This document shows positions 1 through 14,135 of a stretch of DNA of 64,000 nt, piece by piece. The translations under genes were made by a program, and so were the position numbers. The notes below the pieces were generated by a model, which saw only the letters and a program-made list of their open reading frames with translations, was not told the DNA's origin and did not search any database. The stretch covers positions 288,001-352,000 of the forward strand of contig CAVRBU010000003.1 in assembly GCA_963719315.1 (NCBI GenBank). The letters run 5' to 3'. Each line of letters starts with the position of its first letter. Position 1 is the first letter of the stretch. The DNA is from an uncultured Planctomycetota bacterium. GTDB lineage: Bacteria; Planctomycetota; Planctomycetia; Pirellulales; Lacipirellulaceae.

Positions 1-677
1 CGGCGGCGATCCTTGTAATAGAAACATTGGTTGTAGGTCGGGCAGCGGCGGCCGAGGCAGTTGCCGCTGTCGCTGGCGACTTCGTCCCACACCTGTCCCA
101 ACGGCCTGAACGAGAGATCGCTGAGCGAGCCGTCGGCGGTGGACTTCGTCCACCTGCGGATTTCGCGGAGTTGATTGAGCTGTTCATCGTCGTTGAACAA
201 GCTTTGGCTGCGAGCGAGTGCCAGATCGAGCCGCCGCAAGCTGAGATAATTCCGCCGGCCTTTCATGAGCACGGCCGAGAATTCGCGCGGAATCACCGCG
301 TTCAAGAGAGGCAGGTCTTTACCGATGAGTTGCTCTTGCAAACTAATTGTGTGCGTGGAGACGACGATTTTCGGTCCCACGCGGTCCGGTTTCTCCGAGA
401 CCGGAGATTTCGCGTCTTCGCCACGGCGAATCGCCGATCGCAGAGACGCGGCTTCGTTTGCTTCTTTTTCGGTTGCCGCCAGGATCGCAGGCACGAGATA
501 CGCGAAGCTTTTGCCAACGCCGGTGCCCGCTTCCGCCACTAGATGCCGCTTGGCCGCAATCGCCCGCGCCACGGCTTCGGCCATTTCAAGCTGCTGCGGC
601 CGATGCTCGTAGTTTGAGAGCCGCGCCGCAATGCGGCCCTCCGGGCCCAGAATGTCGGCGGCAGTGAGCGCGTCCAT
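1..677 (-). CDS. DinG/YoaA-family ATP-dependent helicase, 5' part (runs off window)
   Basis: Not in ORF track; manual translation MDALTAADILGPEGRIAARLSNYEHRPQQLEMAEAV...AEAGTGVGKSFAYL...VVSTHTISLQEQL...KGRRNYL...C-x4-CP-x4-CFY shows Q motif, Walker A and Fe-S cysteines. Confidence 0.9.
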   Translation of the reverse strand, partial: MDALTAADILGPEGRIAARLSNYEHRPQQLEMAEAVARAIAAKRHLVAEAGTGVGKSFAYLVPAILAATEKEANEAASLRSAIRRGEDAKSPVSEKPDRVGPKIVVSTHTISLQEQLIGKDLPLLNAVIPREFSAVLMKGRRNYLSLRRLDLALARSQSLFNDDEQLNQLREIRRWTKSTADGSLSDLSFRPLGQVWDEVASDSGNCLGRRCPTYNQCFYYKDRR

Positions 678-720
678 TCCGCCAACGTAGCAGACGTACA
701 CATGCGCGAAAAGCTTGGCG

Positions 721-1404
721 TCAGCTTGCGGCCCTGACTTTTCGCCAAGAAAGCAGCAATTGGGCAATGCGCGGCATTACGACTTTCAAGTTCTGATGAT
801 AGTCGCCGTGTGCGGTTTCGCTCGCGTCGTCAGTTATTCCGCGGATTTCGACAAAGGGAATGCCATTGAACGCCGCCGCGCGGGCCGCGCCACTTCCCTC
901 TCACGCTACACACGCCGCTCCGGTTACTTTCCGCAATTCGTTCGCACGATTCGAACCCACGATGTCTTCATCACCGCTTGCGATGCGCTCGAACCGCAGC
1001 TTGCCTTCGATGTTTGTTGTCGGAGCTATGGACATCAATTCAGCAAGAAACGCATCGCTTGCCGGATATTCAGGTAGCGGCGATTCAATGAATCGAATGC
1101 AATAGTCATGTTCCACGGTCGTCGACCCAATAACGATATCGCCTACGCGCAATTGTGGATCGATTCCGCCGGCGCCCCCAACGCAGACCACTCCTTCGGT
1201 GTCAGCGGCACGATCGAGCAGGTATTGTGTTTGAAGCGCAAATTGCGCCTTGCCATGTCCGGCGACGGCAAGTGTGAAATTAAGCGGCGGAAGCTTCCAG
1301 ATGCTGACTCGTCCCACATCAGTGGGCGAGCACATATATCCGCCTTGTTCAAATCCCGCACGAAGAGTCTCGAGCTCAACAAGCTGGGGCAAGAGAATCA
1401 ACAC
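721..1404 (-). pseudogene. MTA/SAH nucleosidase-like (PNP_UDP_1) gene with in-frame TGA at 901-903
   Basis: GHGKA, GGAGG-x-D-x2-L-x-VGDIVI and IASGDEDI motifs; frame continues past TGA as EGSGAARAAAFNGIPFVEIRGITD... to TGA at 721-723. Confidence 0.8.
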
Positions 1405-1422
1405 AGATTTGGTCGCAACAAT

Positions 1423-2259
<837 letters not shown>

Positions 2260-2450
2260 TGGTTCCCTATTCTCAAGACTCTCGAATACTCACAGAGAAC
2301 ACACAGAATCAAGAGAGGAGATTTGTCATTGGTAATCTGTAATTTGAAATTGGTCATTTCAGAAAACGCACACCTCTGATATGGCCAATGACAAATGACA
2401 AATTTGCAATGACAAATCTCTTCTTCCTCAGTGTCCTCTATGGCAAATTC

Positions 2451-2651
2451 TCAACCGCCGCCAACAAGCGTGACGACTTCCAGCCGGTCCCCGTCGCGTA
2501 GCGCCGTGCCGGCATGTTGTGCGCGGGGGACAACCTCCAAGTTGAGCTCCACCGCGACGTGCGGCTGCGTGACGCCTAGCTTTTGCAACAACTCTGAAAT
2601 CGAGACGCCCTCCGGAATCTCGAGCGATTCGCCGTTAACTTGGATCATCAT
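2451..2651 (-). CDS. thiS: sulfur carrier protein ThiS
   Basis: Ubiquitin-like, VAVELN motif, C-terminal GGG, upstream of thiG. Confidence 0.95.
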   Translation of the reverse strand: MMIQVNGESLEIPEGVSISELLQKLGVTQPHVAVELNLEVVPRAQHAGTALRDGDRLEVVTLVGGG

Positions 2652-2659
2652 CCGGGCCC

Positions 2660-3205
2660 TCACTTCGAGTTCGCCGGCTTCGGTTGGTCGCGGACGAAGG
2701 CGGTGCGGAACTGCTGTACGTCGAGCGGTTGGAATTCGCCATACTGCGTTTTGCCGGCGGCTTGCAGGCTCGAGTTCCAGGGAATCGTGTACGCGGCGAC
2801 CTGGCCGGTGCCCGCTTCGGCGACGTAAACAATACTGTCGGCGAACTGAAAATTATTCGTGCCCCGCGGCATGTTGACCGATCCGGTGACCATCAGGTAA
2901 CCCGAGTTACGGCCGGCCCCACCAAAATCGGCGGCGATGTTGCGGGTGTAAAACGAGTTGAACTTGCCGGTCTTGGGGTTGATGACAGCGGCCCGCATGT
3001 CGCCGGTGAGGAAATCGAGGAAGTACAGGGCCTCGACGCCCGAATCCACGAGGCCGGTCGCGATCGCGAACTTATCGATGCCGTGCGTGGCTGAGGCGTG
3101 CAGCGGCGCGCTGGGCCACAGGCCTTCGAGGTTCAAACCGATGACCAGGCCGAGCACGGTGCCCAAGCCGACGTAACCCGCCCGACTGCGAAACAGTTGG
3201 TTCAT
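2660..3205 (-). CDS. hypothetical exported/membrane-anchored protein
   Basis: N-terminal hydrophobic segment, GGAGAG RBS, co-directional with thiS. Confidence 0.75.
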   Translation of the reverse strand: MNQLFRSRAGYVGLGTVLGLVIGLNLEGLWPSAPLHASATHGIDKFAIATGLVDSGVEALYFLDFLTGDMRAAVINPKTGKFNSFYTRNIAADFGGAGRNSGYLMVTGSVNMPRGTNNFQFADSIVYVAEAGTGQVAAYTIPWNSSLQAAGKTQYGEFQPLDVQQFRTAFVRDQPKPANSK

Positions 3206-3291
3206 GCTGTCTCTCCCGTAACTACAGGCGCGAAAAACTTGGCGAGACGATCGCCAATTGCATCGTAGCGGCTCCGGCGGCGGCGGGCCAG

Positions 3292-3897
3292 TCACTTCCG
3301 GGGCGTGGTGTTGCTGTCGGAGTTCGAGTTGGGCAGCGCGGAATCGCCGGCAGCACCGGTCGTGTCTTCAGGGCTCTGCGAACGTGGGTCGCTTGTCGGC
3401 GATTTACTATCCGATTTCTTCGGCAATTGGCCACCGGGAGATGCTGGCATCGAGCGGAGAAAATCCGGCATGTTGAGGCCGGGCAGCGTGGGCATGAACA
3501 GGTTGCCCTGGTAGGCGAACTGCCGGGCGTTGATCAATCCATCCACGATCACCTGCCCATTGACGGCCACGAAACCGATTGAGGCGCCGTGCGCTGGCTC
3601 GGTGCGACCGAGTTTGACCAGCGTGCGGGGTGGAGGGACGGCCGAGGGATCGCCGTCGATGATATCCATGTTGCCATTCAGGTAAAAAAAGCCGGTGCCA
3701 GAACCGGTCGGCTTGGGCTCGCGGCCGATGATCGCCAGCACCCGCGCCGGTTCATTGCCTACCGGCTCGTCTTCGATCCGCAGCTCCTGGCAGACGATCC
3801 GCTTGGTAACGGTGCGGTCCACGAGCTTATCGCGGAGTGCGGCGCCAAGGGCCAGGAACAATAATGGATAGACGACCCAACGTTCGCGTTCAGTCAT
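3292..3897 (-). CDS. hypothetical membrane-anchored protein
   Basis: MTERERWVVYPLLFLALGAALRDK N-terminal anchor and low-complexity tail; start chosen downstream of a heptamer repeat. Confidence 0.7.
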   Translation of the reverse strand: MTERERWVVYPLLFLALGAALRDKLVDRTVTKRIVCQELRIEDEPVGNEPARVLAIIGREPKPTGSGTGFFYLNGNMDIIDGDPSAVPPPRTLVKLGRTEPAHGASIGFVAVNGQVIVDGLINARQFAYQGNLFMPTLPGLNMPDFLRSMPASPGGQLPKKSDSKSPTSDPRSQSPEDTTGAAGDSALPNSNSDSNTTPRK

Positions 3898-4071
3898 GAT
3901 GTGGTGGGGAATGGGGAATGGGGAGTGGGAAAAACAGTTCGAGACTTTGGCTGCCTCCAACAGAATGAATCAAACCGCGAAGAACGCCAAGATCGCCAAG
4001 GAAGAATGCATTGTTATTCACTGCCCTATTTGGCGTCCTTGGCGTCATGGCGGTTCAACTTGTGTGACGTT

Positions 4072-6519
<2,448 letters not shown>

Positions 6520-6531
6520 TCGCGGTTAATG

Positions 6532-6566
6532 AAAAAACCACCCGCCAACGTTTGTCAGCGGGTGGT
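6532..6566 (-). terminator. Rho-independent terminator
   Basis: Minus strand ACCACCCGC...GCGGGTGGT stem followed by a T-run. Confidence 0.75.
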
Positions 6567-6639
6567 CATTCAGGAAGGGTGGCGTAGCAATACCATTTGG
6601 GAAAGATGCACCGGCTTTCGATTCAACGTCCGAACCACA

Positions 6640-7092
6640 TTAGTAGCACTGTATGTGAAACGCCTCTTCGCCTTCCTTGGCCGCTTCCTCAAGTGCCACA
6701 CGGTAACAGGTAACCTCGAACGACAAATAATAAGCCGGCGCTATTAGGGTGTCGTGCTCAGGAAGGAACTTATCGCGCGATGCGAGTGCTTCAAAGGTAT
6801 TGATGCCTACCGCAAGCGGTATCCATAACATTGTTGCCTCGTGCTTTTTCTTTATCGCCTCAAGCTGCTCGTTGCTGATCTTGTCGAGTTCACCTTCATC
6901 GAACAAGGGGTTGTGCCAGACGAACTGGCTTGGTTCCACGACTCCGAGTTCCCGTGCAGATTGATCCATGAGGTCTACTAGGCGCGGAAAGTTCCTGCCG
7001 AAGACAAACTTGCCGTCCGGGTCCACAGAATGCGGCGCGGCTTTGTCACATACCCTGCCACTCTTGAAATAGAGAGTTGCTTCGCAAGACAC
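6640..7092 (-). CDS. hypothetical protein (lower GC)
   Basis: 150-aa ORF, GGAAGG RBS, followed by a terminator. Confidence 0.65.
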   Translation of the reverse strand: MSCEATLYFKSGRVCDKAAPHSVDPDGKFVFGRNFPRLVDLMDQSARELGVVEPSQFVWHNPLFDEGELDKISNEQLEAIKKKHEATMLWIPLAVGINTFEALASRDKFLPEHDTLIAPAYYLSFEVTCYRVALEEAAKEGEEAFHIQCY

Positions 7093-7252
7093 GTTTCACA
7101 CCTTCCAACACGTGGGAAGTAGTGCGCTAAGTTATGGCCCATCCGGAGCCGCAATTAAGGATAGACTGGCTATCGAATCAAACTATTTCAAAGCACTCTC
7201 GAATGTGGTGGGTCTTTTCTTAAGCGCGCGTTCTATCGGTATCAATGCCAAG

Positions 7253-7327
7253 GGTGGCTAGTGGGGCTCGAACCCACGACCTCCAGATCCACAATCTGGC
7301 GCTCTAACCGACTGAGCTATAGCCACC
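7253..7327 (-). tRNA. tRNA-His (GTG)
   Basis: G-1, acceptor stem GTGGCTA/TAGCCAC, anticodon arm CCAGA-TTGTGGA-TCTGG, T-loop GGTTCGAGCC; CCA not encoded. Confidence 0.97.
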
Positions 7328-7505
7328 GTTGAATTCCATTTATGCGATTATTCGAGTCGCGGAATTCGCCAGTATTCCGATGGGACCAAAAAAGTTGTCT
7401 GAATTTCTTTTAAGCTCAGCTACATTTCGCCTGCTCACACGATACCGCTCGGCGGTTAATACGGCAAGAGTGTAGGCAGCTCGCGGAACGAGCGGACTAA
7501 ACTTT

Positions 7506-8966
7506 CTACCAACTCTCCGCGTAACGGCGATAAGCGACATCGAGGTCACTGAAACTGGTTCCCGTCGCAGTGGAAAGCGACTCCCTATTATCGCGGTCGG
7601 CGTACACCGCTTGCAGGTAGCTTACGAGCGGTTCGCGATAGCGGCCCTGTTCGCCATCGACGAGGAACGCCGCGACGCCGGAGCATTGGCTGTACAGCTT
7701 CGCGATATCCGGATGGCGTTGGACTTCGTCTTTATTCAGCTTCGTCAGCTCGGCTAGCGGAATGTAAAAACCATCGTTCAGCCGCTGGCGCGCTGCCGGC
7801 AGGCGGCCCGCGGTCGCTTCGCCGATCGTGAAGTAGAGACCCGCGTGCGGGTCGTTATGTTCAGTCAGCGTTTCGAAATACGTGGCGACGCCCTCAATGA
7901 CCCAGAAATTGGCGGTCGCCCCGATCTGCTTGGCCGTCGGCCTCGATTCCTGAAAGAGCTGGTGTACCGCTTCGTGATACAACGTAGCGATAGCCGGCTC
8001 GGCGGTCGCTGACACAGCAGTTGTGCGGGCTCGGCCCGAAGCGTGGTTCGCTGCTACGTCGTCGGTGTCGGCCGCGAAAAAATGCGCTTCGTGAAACGCG
8101 TCGAAATAAATGCCCAGTGTCTCCGCAATTCGCGGCTGGCGACGCCGCAGCGCGTCCACATACTGGTCCCGATCGCGATAATAAAACACGCGAAACGGGC
8201 GGGCCTGAATGCGCGCGTTCCGATCGCCGGCGAACAAGCCGCGCACTTCCTTCTCCGTGTAGAAGAAGCCGGCAAACAACTCCCGCCACACCTGGTACAG
8301 CCGCTCCAACCGCGCGGCCAACTCCGCGCCGGCGGCCAGGCTGTGATTGGTCGTCACCAGAAAATGATCGGTGCGAACCTGCCAGCCGTTCTTGATGTCG
8401 GCATGCCGCACGACGTCGGACCGATCGCTGTCGCCCCCTGACTTCGCATCGTTCGCGGCAACCCACCCGCGCTTTGCGTTCCAGATTTTTCCGGCCTCAC
8501 GCATTTTGACGCCATACGGCGTCAGCCATTGCCCATCGCGCCGCTCGTACCCCAACACGCGCCGGGCTTCCTTATGATCCGGATTCTCGCGCAACGTTTC
8601 GGTCGCCCATTGAAACGCGAACGAAAGCTGCCCGGCATCCGCGGCTTCCTTGGCCAGCTCAAACAACGCGGCCGCGTTTTTTATGCGTGCGTCGCTGACA
8701 GCATCGCCCGTTTGGATCACGGGCGAATATTCATCCGGCGCAATAAAGAGCAGCGTCCCAGAAACTGGCGCCGTCGGCCGCCACTCAGGATTCGCGGCGG
8801 CGAATCGCTGGTTTAGTTGTTCGTACTTCGCCTGCAGCTCGGTTACGACGGGCTTGGCGCTTAGCGGCTGTGCCAATAGAAAAGCCGCGACGGTCGCCGC
8901 CTCGATGCATCGCATGAATAAGAATAATCCCGACACCAGGAATAACTCGAAGTCAGAGGTTCCCAA
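7506..8966 (-). CDS. DUF1570-like secreted zinc-metallopeptidase-fold protein
   Basis: HEAVH motif plus W-x-x-EG-x-ATYFE, signal-like N-terminus; true start may be ~8915. Confidence 0.75.
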   Translation of the reverse strand: MGTSDFELFLVSGLFLFMRCIEAATVAAFLLAQPLSAKPVVTELQAKYEQLNQRFAAANPEWRPTAPVSGTLLFIAPDEYSPVIQTGDAVSDARIKNAAALFELAKEAADAGQLSFAFQWATETLRENPDHKEARRVLGYERRDGQWLTPYGVKMREAGKIWNAKRGWVAANDAKSGGDSDRSDVVRHADIKNGWQVRTDHFLVTTNHSLAAGAELAARLERLYQVWRELFAGFFYTEKEVRGLFAGDRNARIQARPFRVFYYRDRDQYVDALRRRQPRIAETLGIYFDAFHEAHFFAADTDDVAANHASGRARTTAVSATAEPAIATLYHEAVHQLFQESRPTAKQIGATANFWVIEGVATYFETLTEHNDPHAGLYFTIGEATAGRLPAARQRLNDGFYIPLAELTKLNKDEVQRHPDIAKLYSQCSGVAAFLVDGEQGRYREPLVSYLQAVYADRDNRESLSTATGTSFSDLDVAYRRYAESW

Positions 8967-8980
8967 TCACGTTGACCTAT

Positions 8981-9307
8981 TTAACCGATATCGTCTGGCA
9001 TTAAGTCACGTTGGGCCAGATGGCGAATGCTGTGGACAATCACTTCGCGCTCTCGGATCTCGAACACCGCTCGATGGGTCGCTTTGTTGCGAAGCCCATA
9101 ATGCAATTCTCGAATTTCAACGTCAAGAGCGTCACTTTCTCTGGCAAGATTGCAGCGCTCAGGATGATCGGTTAATGAAGCGAGTGCCCGCTCAAATCCT
9201 TCGAGCCAATGAAATGCCTGTTCCGCAGAGCGATTCTCAGACCACCACCGTGATTGTTCTAGGAGTTGGTGTTTCGCCTGTGGCAAAATCGTCACGTGGT
9301 GAGTCAC
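8981..9307 (-). CDS. RelE/ParE-family toxin
   Basis: V-x-ILPQA...L-x2-HPERC...IREL...HRAVFEI...VHSIRH pattern; overlaps upstream antitoxin. Confidence 0.85.
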   Translation of the reverse strand: MTHHVTILPQAKHQLLEQSRWWSENRSAEQAFHWLEGFERALASLTDHPERCNLARESDALDVEIRELHYGLRNKATHRAVFEIREREVIVHSIRHLAQRDLMPDDIG

Positions 9308-9534
9308 AACTTCGAACCCAACTGCTGACGAATGTCTGCCATTGCCTGCGACAATGGTTCGCCGCGACCCTGCTCGAAGTCGATCATTCCCTGACGAATG
9401 TCGGCAATCGTCGCGTGATAATCGCTCAAAGCATGAAGCGCCACTTGCAATACATCTTCCTCAGTCGCATACATGCCGGTTGCCATATTCTGGTCGATGA
9501 GTTGCTTGATCACAGGCGGAAAGGCGTAGGGCAT
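9304..9534 (-). CDS. ParD-like antitoxin
   Basis: ATGMYATEEDVLQVAL...IRQG-x2-D-x2-GRG pattern, directly upstream of the toxin. Confidence 0.8.
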   Translation of the reverse strand: MPYAFPPVIKQLIDQNMATGMYATEEDVLQVALHALSDYHATIADIRQGMIDFEQGRGEPLSQAMADIRQQLGSKL

Positions 9535-9733
9535 ATTCTGATCCTCTTCGGAAGCGACGTAACGGCAGCCAAGTGGGCCGGCTCCGATCTGCGAATACAT
9601 CGGGGCACTACAGTTATTATAACACGTCGGGTCCGTCAAAACCGGAACTTCGACACAAGGAAGGCGGTTCGCTCGGCGCTAGCGGCTATGCCAGTACGCT
9701 TCAGCCGAACCCGATCAGCAACCTCCGAGTTCG

Positions 9734-10471
9734 TTATTCGCCCTCCCCTTTCTCCTTCGTCCAGAAGTCCATCACCCGCCCCTTCTCCGCGACGGCCAAT
9801 ATCTTAGCGACAAGTGCCGTATGCGCCGCCGACGAGGCGTATTCCTTCAACCCCTGGGCATCAGTAAACGTGAACATATAACATTGCGTGAAGCCTTCAT
9901 CGTGCTTTTCTGGGCTATTATTCTTACCCCACTCAAACGCACGGATCGTGTCACACTGCGACGGCATCCGCGCGATCGCGTCTTCGACGTCCTTCACCTG
10001 CTCGTCGGCCGCGCTCTCCTTGAATTTCAAAAAAAACGCGTGTTTCAATTCGCGATCCGCGGGCGACTTCTCCGGTTGCCCCCAATAGTCGACGACGAAC
10101 ACCTTATCCAAAAGCGGCCCAAGCGTCGCGCCGAACGCCTTGTGATCTGGATGCGGCAAATACGCGGCCCGGCCGGCCTCATCCGCGAATGTGACGAGGA
10201 AACAATGCGTGAACCCATCATCGAGCCCGGCCTTACTGACGTTCTTGCCGCGCTGGTAGCCCTTGATCGAATCAATCTTCTTCGGCAACGCATCGAACGC
10301 GGCAACAACCTTCTGGACGTCGGCGTCGCTCGTGCCATCCTTGAATTTGAAAAACACAGCGTGCCGCAACACTTTTTCCGGCTCCTTCGAATCTTCGGCC
10401 CGGCACACACTCGCGGCGGACACAACACTTAACATGCACAAGACGAATGCGGTTGGATTTACGGCGTACAT
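9734..10471 (-). CDS. secreted tandem Dabb (stress-responsive A/B barrel) protein
   Basis: Two repeats of LRH-x-VFFKFK...G-x-N-x-S...GFTH...F; signal peptide; GAGG RBS. Confidence 0.85.
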   Translation of the reverse strand: MYAVNPTAFVLCMLSVVSAASVCRAEDSKEPEKVLRHAVFFKFKDGTSDADVQKVVAAFDALPKKIDSIKGYQRGKNVSKAGLDDGFTHCFLVTFADEAGRAAYLPHPDHKAFGATLGPLLDKVFVVDYWGQPEKSPADRELKHAFFLKFKESAADEQVKDVEDAIARMPSQCDTIRAFEWGKNNSPEKHDEGFTQCYMFTFTDAQGLKEYASSAAHTALVAKILAVAEKGRVMDFWTKEKGEGE

Positions 10472-10811
10472 AGCTTCCTCTTGAAGTGGATTAAAAATAC
10501 ACTCTCTCCGTTTGGGAGAGAGTTGGGGTGAGGGGCAAATCACAATTCTCGTCAGCGTAACAGCCCGGGCAACAATTTGCCATGCACTGAAAATGAAACG
10601 GCCGCCCTGCGAGGGCCGCGGGGTGATATTCGCATGATGCCAAACCTTTTGATGCCTGCGCAGAATAATAAGAGTCTGGGAGGGCTCTCCGAGGCAATAG
10701 CCGCGTAGCAATTGAGTTGCCAGATCGGTGTCAGAGACACCTCCCACAGATCATTCTCCGCGCGGGCATCAATAGAATGGGTCTCGCTCCGCGGCGAGCC
10801 CATTCCACTGC

Positions 10812-12341
10812 CTAGCTGAGACAATCCTGGCGTGCATAGTCGTCCAACTCGGTCGACTTACTCAAAGGTCCGCGGAAGCCAATGTAGCCGTCGGGGCGGA
10901 CCACGAAAAGTGCTTTCTCGGTTCCTAGTGAGCGTCGTCCTTCTTTGTCTAATTCGTTGTCCTGTAACGAAACCACCGTCGTGCGCCGAAGCCGAATCGA
11001 GATCTCTCGCCGGTCCGATTCGGTGGCATTCAGCAGCACCGCCAGGTGTTTGCCGTCTGTCCAGTCGCGCAAAAGGGTTGTCGGCTGGCCCGATGTGACG
11101 ATCTCCAAATCGGGCAAGCGATCGCCGGCTTCGAGTTCTCCGTCTCCGCCATAGTCGGCCACGATGGATGAGGACCTGTACTCGATCGCCGTTTCGGAGA
11201 TGAACCCGACCAACGCCTCCTGAACGACGCGTGGTTTGGAGATTAACGGAATCAACAAGTCACGCAGGTATTCGACGACTGTGCTGGACGCGGTCGCGAG
11301 CTTCAATCCCCGTTTCGTGAATTTGAGGAGTGCCTTCCCTACTTCGCCGCGTTCCTCTTCATAACTGTCCAGTAATTTGTCGTCGGCGCCGCGGGCGACA
11401 GCGGCAATTTTCCAGGCGAGATTCGCGGCGTCCTGAATTCCGGTGTTCATTCCCTGGCCACCCACTGGAGAGTGAATGTGAGCCGCGTCTCCGGCAAGAA
11501 ACGCATTCTGTGCCCGGTAATGTCGTGCCTGTAGATCGTTCACGTGGAACGGTGTCATCCATTCCGCGGAATGAGCCTTCACGCGAACTCCCGCGTTATC
11601 GATCGCATGCTGAAAGTCCTCGATCGAGAGTTCACGGCCGTCCATGAACTTTTGCTGGGAATGCAGTGCGACGATCACGCGGGTGAGTTTATCGGTGAGA
11701 CGGGCCATGAATACGACGTCGCCTGCATGAAAATGCAAGCTGAGCTCATCCGCCGGCGTATCTGGTCCGTCAATTTCGAGATCTCCGAGAAAGAACGAAA
11801 GATTCGCTCCTTCGCCCTCGAACGGAATCGAAGCGAGCTCGCGAACCAAGCTATGGGCGCCATCGCAACCCACGATCCAGCGAGGGGCGAAGTGCTCCTC
11901 GCGTCCGTCCGGATGTCGCAGAACGGCCGACACGGCACCTGGCTTTTGTTCGAGGGAGACGAGCTCCGTTTCGCGCTCCGTCCGCACACCTAGCGACTCC
12001 ATCTTTTCATTGAGAATTGCTTCCGTCTTACTTTGAGGGAGGAACAACACGAAGGGGTACCGGCTTGGAATCTGGTCAAAGGCCAAGTTCAGAATGTTTT
12101 TGCCCTCGCTCCAGAAATTGGCATGTAGCACCTTTCTTCCCTGCTCGACGGCCTTCGCCGCGATGCAATATCGTTGAAACTGCTCGAGCGTTCTGGCTTG
12201 CACAACGAGGGCCTGAGAGTGGAGCGCAAGATGGTTGGATTTATCGATGATGCGGACATCCAGTCCGGCCCGCTTCAACTCGATCGCCATCGTCATGCCG
12301 GTTGGGCCGGCGCCAACAACCAGGACGGATGACGTATTCAT
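10812..12341 (-). CDS. FAD-dependent monooxygenase (aromatic-ring hydroxylase family)
   Basis: GAGPTG, GCDGAHS, GDAAHIHSPVGGQGMNTG, VRPDGYI. Confidence 0.92.
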   Translation of the reverse strand: MNTSSVLVVGAGPTGMTMAIELKRAGLDVRIIDKSNHLALHSQALVVQARTLEQFQRYCIAAKAVEQGRKVLHANFWSEGKNILNLAFDQIPSRYPFVLFLPQSKTEAILNEKMESLGVRTERETELVSLEQKPGAVSAVLRHPDGREEHFAPRWIVGCDGAHSLVRELASIPFEGEGANLSFFLGDLEIDGPDTPADELSLHFHAGDVVFMARLTDKLTRVIVALHSQQKFMDGRELSIEDFQHAIDNAGVRVKAHSAEWMTPFHVNDLQARHYRAQNAFLAGDAAHIHSPVGGQGMNTGIQDAANLAWKIAAVARGADDKLLDSYEEERGEVGKALLKFTKRGLKLATASSTVVEYLRDLLIPLISKPRVVQEALVGFISETAIEYRSSSIVADYGGDGELEAGDRLPDLEIVTSGQPTTLLRDWTDGKHLAVLLNATESDRREISIRLRRTTVVSLQDNELDKEGRRSLGTEKALFVVRPDGYIGFRGPLSKSTELDDYARQDCLS

Positions 12342-12411
12342 GCTCGAGCTCCTTCCTCCGCTGCGCGGTACTCAGAGGCCATCGGACTAAATGCTAAAAA
12401 TCTCCTCCGCG

Positions 12412-12840
12412 TCAAGCGGAATTTTTAGACCGACGCTTTGTCGTGGCAACGCTCGGTAATTTGATTCCCAGAGCGACCAACAGTGCAAATGTTGGACCCA
12501 TTTGGCCGTTTGTCATCTGTCGGCCGGAAAGCCCTGTGCCAGGAGCTTCCAGCCAATAGCACTCGTTCGTGAGAATTAGCTGGGACGCTCGAAGCGCCGA
12601 ACTGCGCAGGACCCAAACCGTGCGATCGTTCTCGTCGACATCAACGTCGATGCCCAACGGCGCCGCAAGAAGAACGCGCAGCGATTCGTAGCGTGATTCG
12701 CCACGTCGATGAGCGTCCACTCGCAGCAGGCTGTCTAGAGTATCCGCTGCCGAGCGAATGACTTCACGGTCGGGCGATTGCAGCCAAAGTTCGGCCAAAT
12801 TGCGTTCGGCCGAGGGCGTCCAGAAGACGGTATATTTCAT
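12412..12840 (-). CDS. putative RelE/ParE-like toxin (unnamed family, copy 1)
   Basis: YTV-x-W-x3-A...LA-x-LWL...DRTV; similar to 50396-50680 and 62839-63099; last ~60 aa may be an aberrant extension. Confidence 0.6.
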   Translation of the reverse strand: MKYTVFWTPSAERNLAELWLQSPDREVIRSAADTLDSLLRVDAHRRGESRYESLRVLLAAPLGIDVDVDENDRTVWVLRSSALRASQLILTNECYWLEAPGTGLSGRQMTNGQMGPTFALLVALGIKLPSVATTKRRSKNSA

Positions 12841-13070
12841 GCTGGCCGATTCAAATCGGCCAAGATATCTGGCAACGGCCGACCGGTCCGCTGCAGGCGT
12901 GCGACTTCGATCTCTTCGTCCGAAATCGGCGAGGCGGTCCGGTTTTGACCCGCTAGAGCAACTGGATGAAAGAATCCGACAATTCGGCCGCTCTCGTCGC
13001 AGAATTCAACGAGATTCTGGAGTCCGCCTAGCTTCGCCCTCAATTCGGAATCCACCGTAAACCTGGTCAT
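12837..13070 (-). CDS. putative antitoxin (unnamed family, copy 1)
   Basis: 77 aa, VEFCDESGRIVG motif, ATGA overlap with downstream gene. Confidence 0.6.
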   Translation of the reverse strand: MTRFTVDSELRAKLGGLQNLVEFCDESGRIVGFFHPVALAGQNRTASPISDEEIEVARLQRTGRPLPDILADLNRPA

Positions 13071-13757
13071 ACCAATTTCCTTTTACTATCCAGAACGCGA
13101 TTCGCCTGCATCCGAAAGCGCGGCAACCGGGATTAACGGACCAGTTGCACTGAGAGTTTCTCAAAATGTTCATGCGCAACCATCGCCATGACTTCTTCAC
13201 ACGTGGTCCATGGGTAAATTATACCATGCTGAGATTCGGCCGTCGAAATCACTGATCCACCGGCATGGAAGGGAATTTGCTCGGCGTGCCCCTGTTCATT
13301 TGTGATCCGCCATAGCGGACTCGGCCCGGCGGCATTGCCTTTTCCGCGCCGCTGCGCGGTCAACCCTCGAAAACTAGCCTATCGCTCTTGGCCGCGGACC
13401 GTGCTAGCGACGATCGTCGATACTACACTCGCTCTCCATCAAAGCCGGTGTGATTTCGAAATGCCAAACTCGCAGTGTTGCCGGCGGCGTCAACTTGCAG
13501 CGGTTTGTTTGCTTCCTTACTCGAACTGAAAAGACGAACCGCCAAGGCCGCCAAGAACGCCAAGGAATACAGTGAGAAAACAACTTGGCATGCAGTTCGT
13601 CTGTGAAACCGATTCGACAGTCTATCGCGTTTTAGTCGTATTCAACGAAGGCTTGGCGCTCTTGGCGTGCTTGGCGGTTTTCACTTTGAGTTTCCTTAGC
13701 AGTTGCACCGCAACAGCCTATGCCGCCAAGGCACTCTCATTCGCCGCGGACAGCTCC

Positions 13758-14117
13758 TCAGGAGGCGGGCCACTGTCGAAATACGATGCAAACGCCCGTT
13801 TTGTCCAGCAGAGAGAATTCAAGCGCTCCCCAAGGCCTCTGGGTGACGCGAGGTAGATTCGGATGGAGCATGTCCGGACGCTTTACCGAGATGTCGTCAT
13901 AGATCTCTTGAATATTGTCCGTTTCTATGGCGATCTCGGGTCGGTCCTTCGCCGCGTATTCGGCGTTTTCGACGACATAGGCCTTCGCTCCATCTCTGCC
14001 AACGACGGCCAATGAGCTGTCTTGATGGAGCACCTGGAATCCGAGGCAGTTCACGAACAGGTCGAGGCCTTGGTCCATGCGGTCGAAGAATACTTTCGGA
14101 ACCAGCCGAATCATCAT
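13758..14117 (-). CDS. VOC/glyoxalase-family protein (integron cassette)
   Basis: LGF...RPWGALEF-x-LLD motif; AAGGAG RBS right after attC GTTAGGC. Confidence 0.85.
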   Translation of the reverse strand: MMIRLVPKVFFDRMDQGLDLFVNCLGFQVLHQDSSLAVVGRDGAKAYVVENAEYAAKDRPEIAIETDNIQEIYDDISVKRPDMLHPNLPRVTQRPWGALEFSLLDKTGVCIVFRQWPAS

Positions 14118-14135
14118 GTGCGCTCTCCTTAAAAT

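Noticed and set aside
2260..2460. TPP riboswitch near thiS-thiG
   Set aside because: No TPP aptamer consensus seen; the structure is explained by 7- and 9-mer repeats
13080..13530. Short ORFs between the TA-like pair and the cassette array
   Set aside because: No recognisable motif and no continuous frame; possibly decayed DNA
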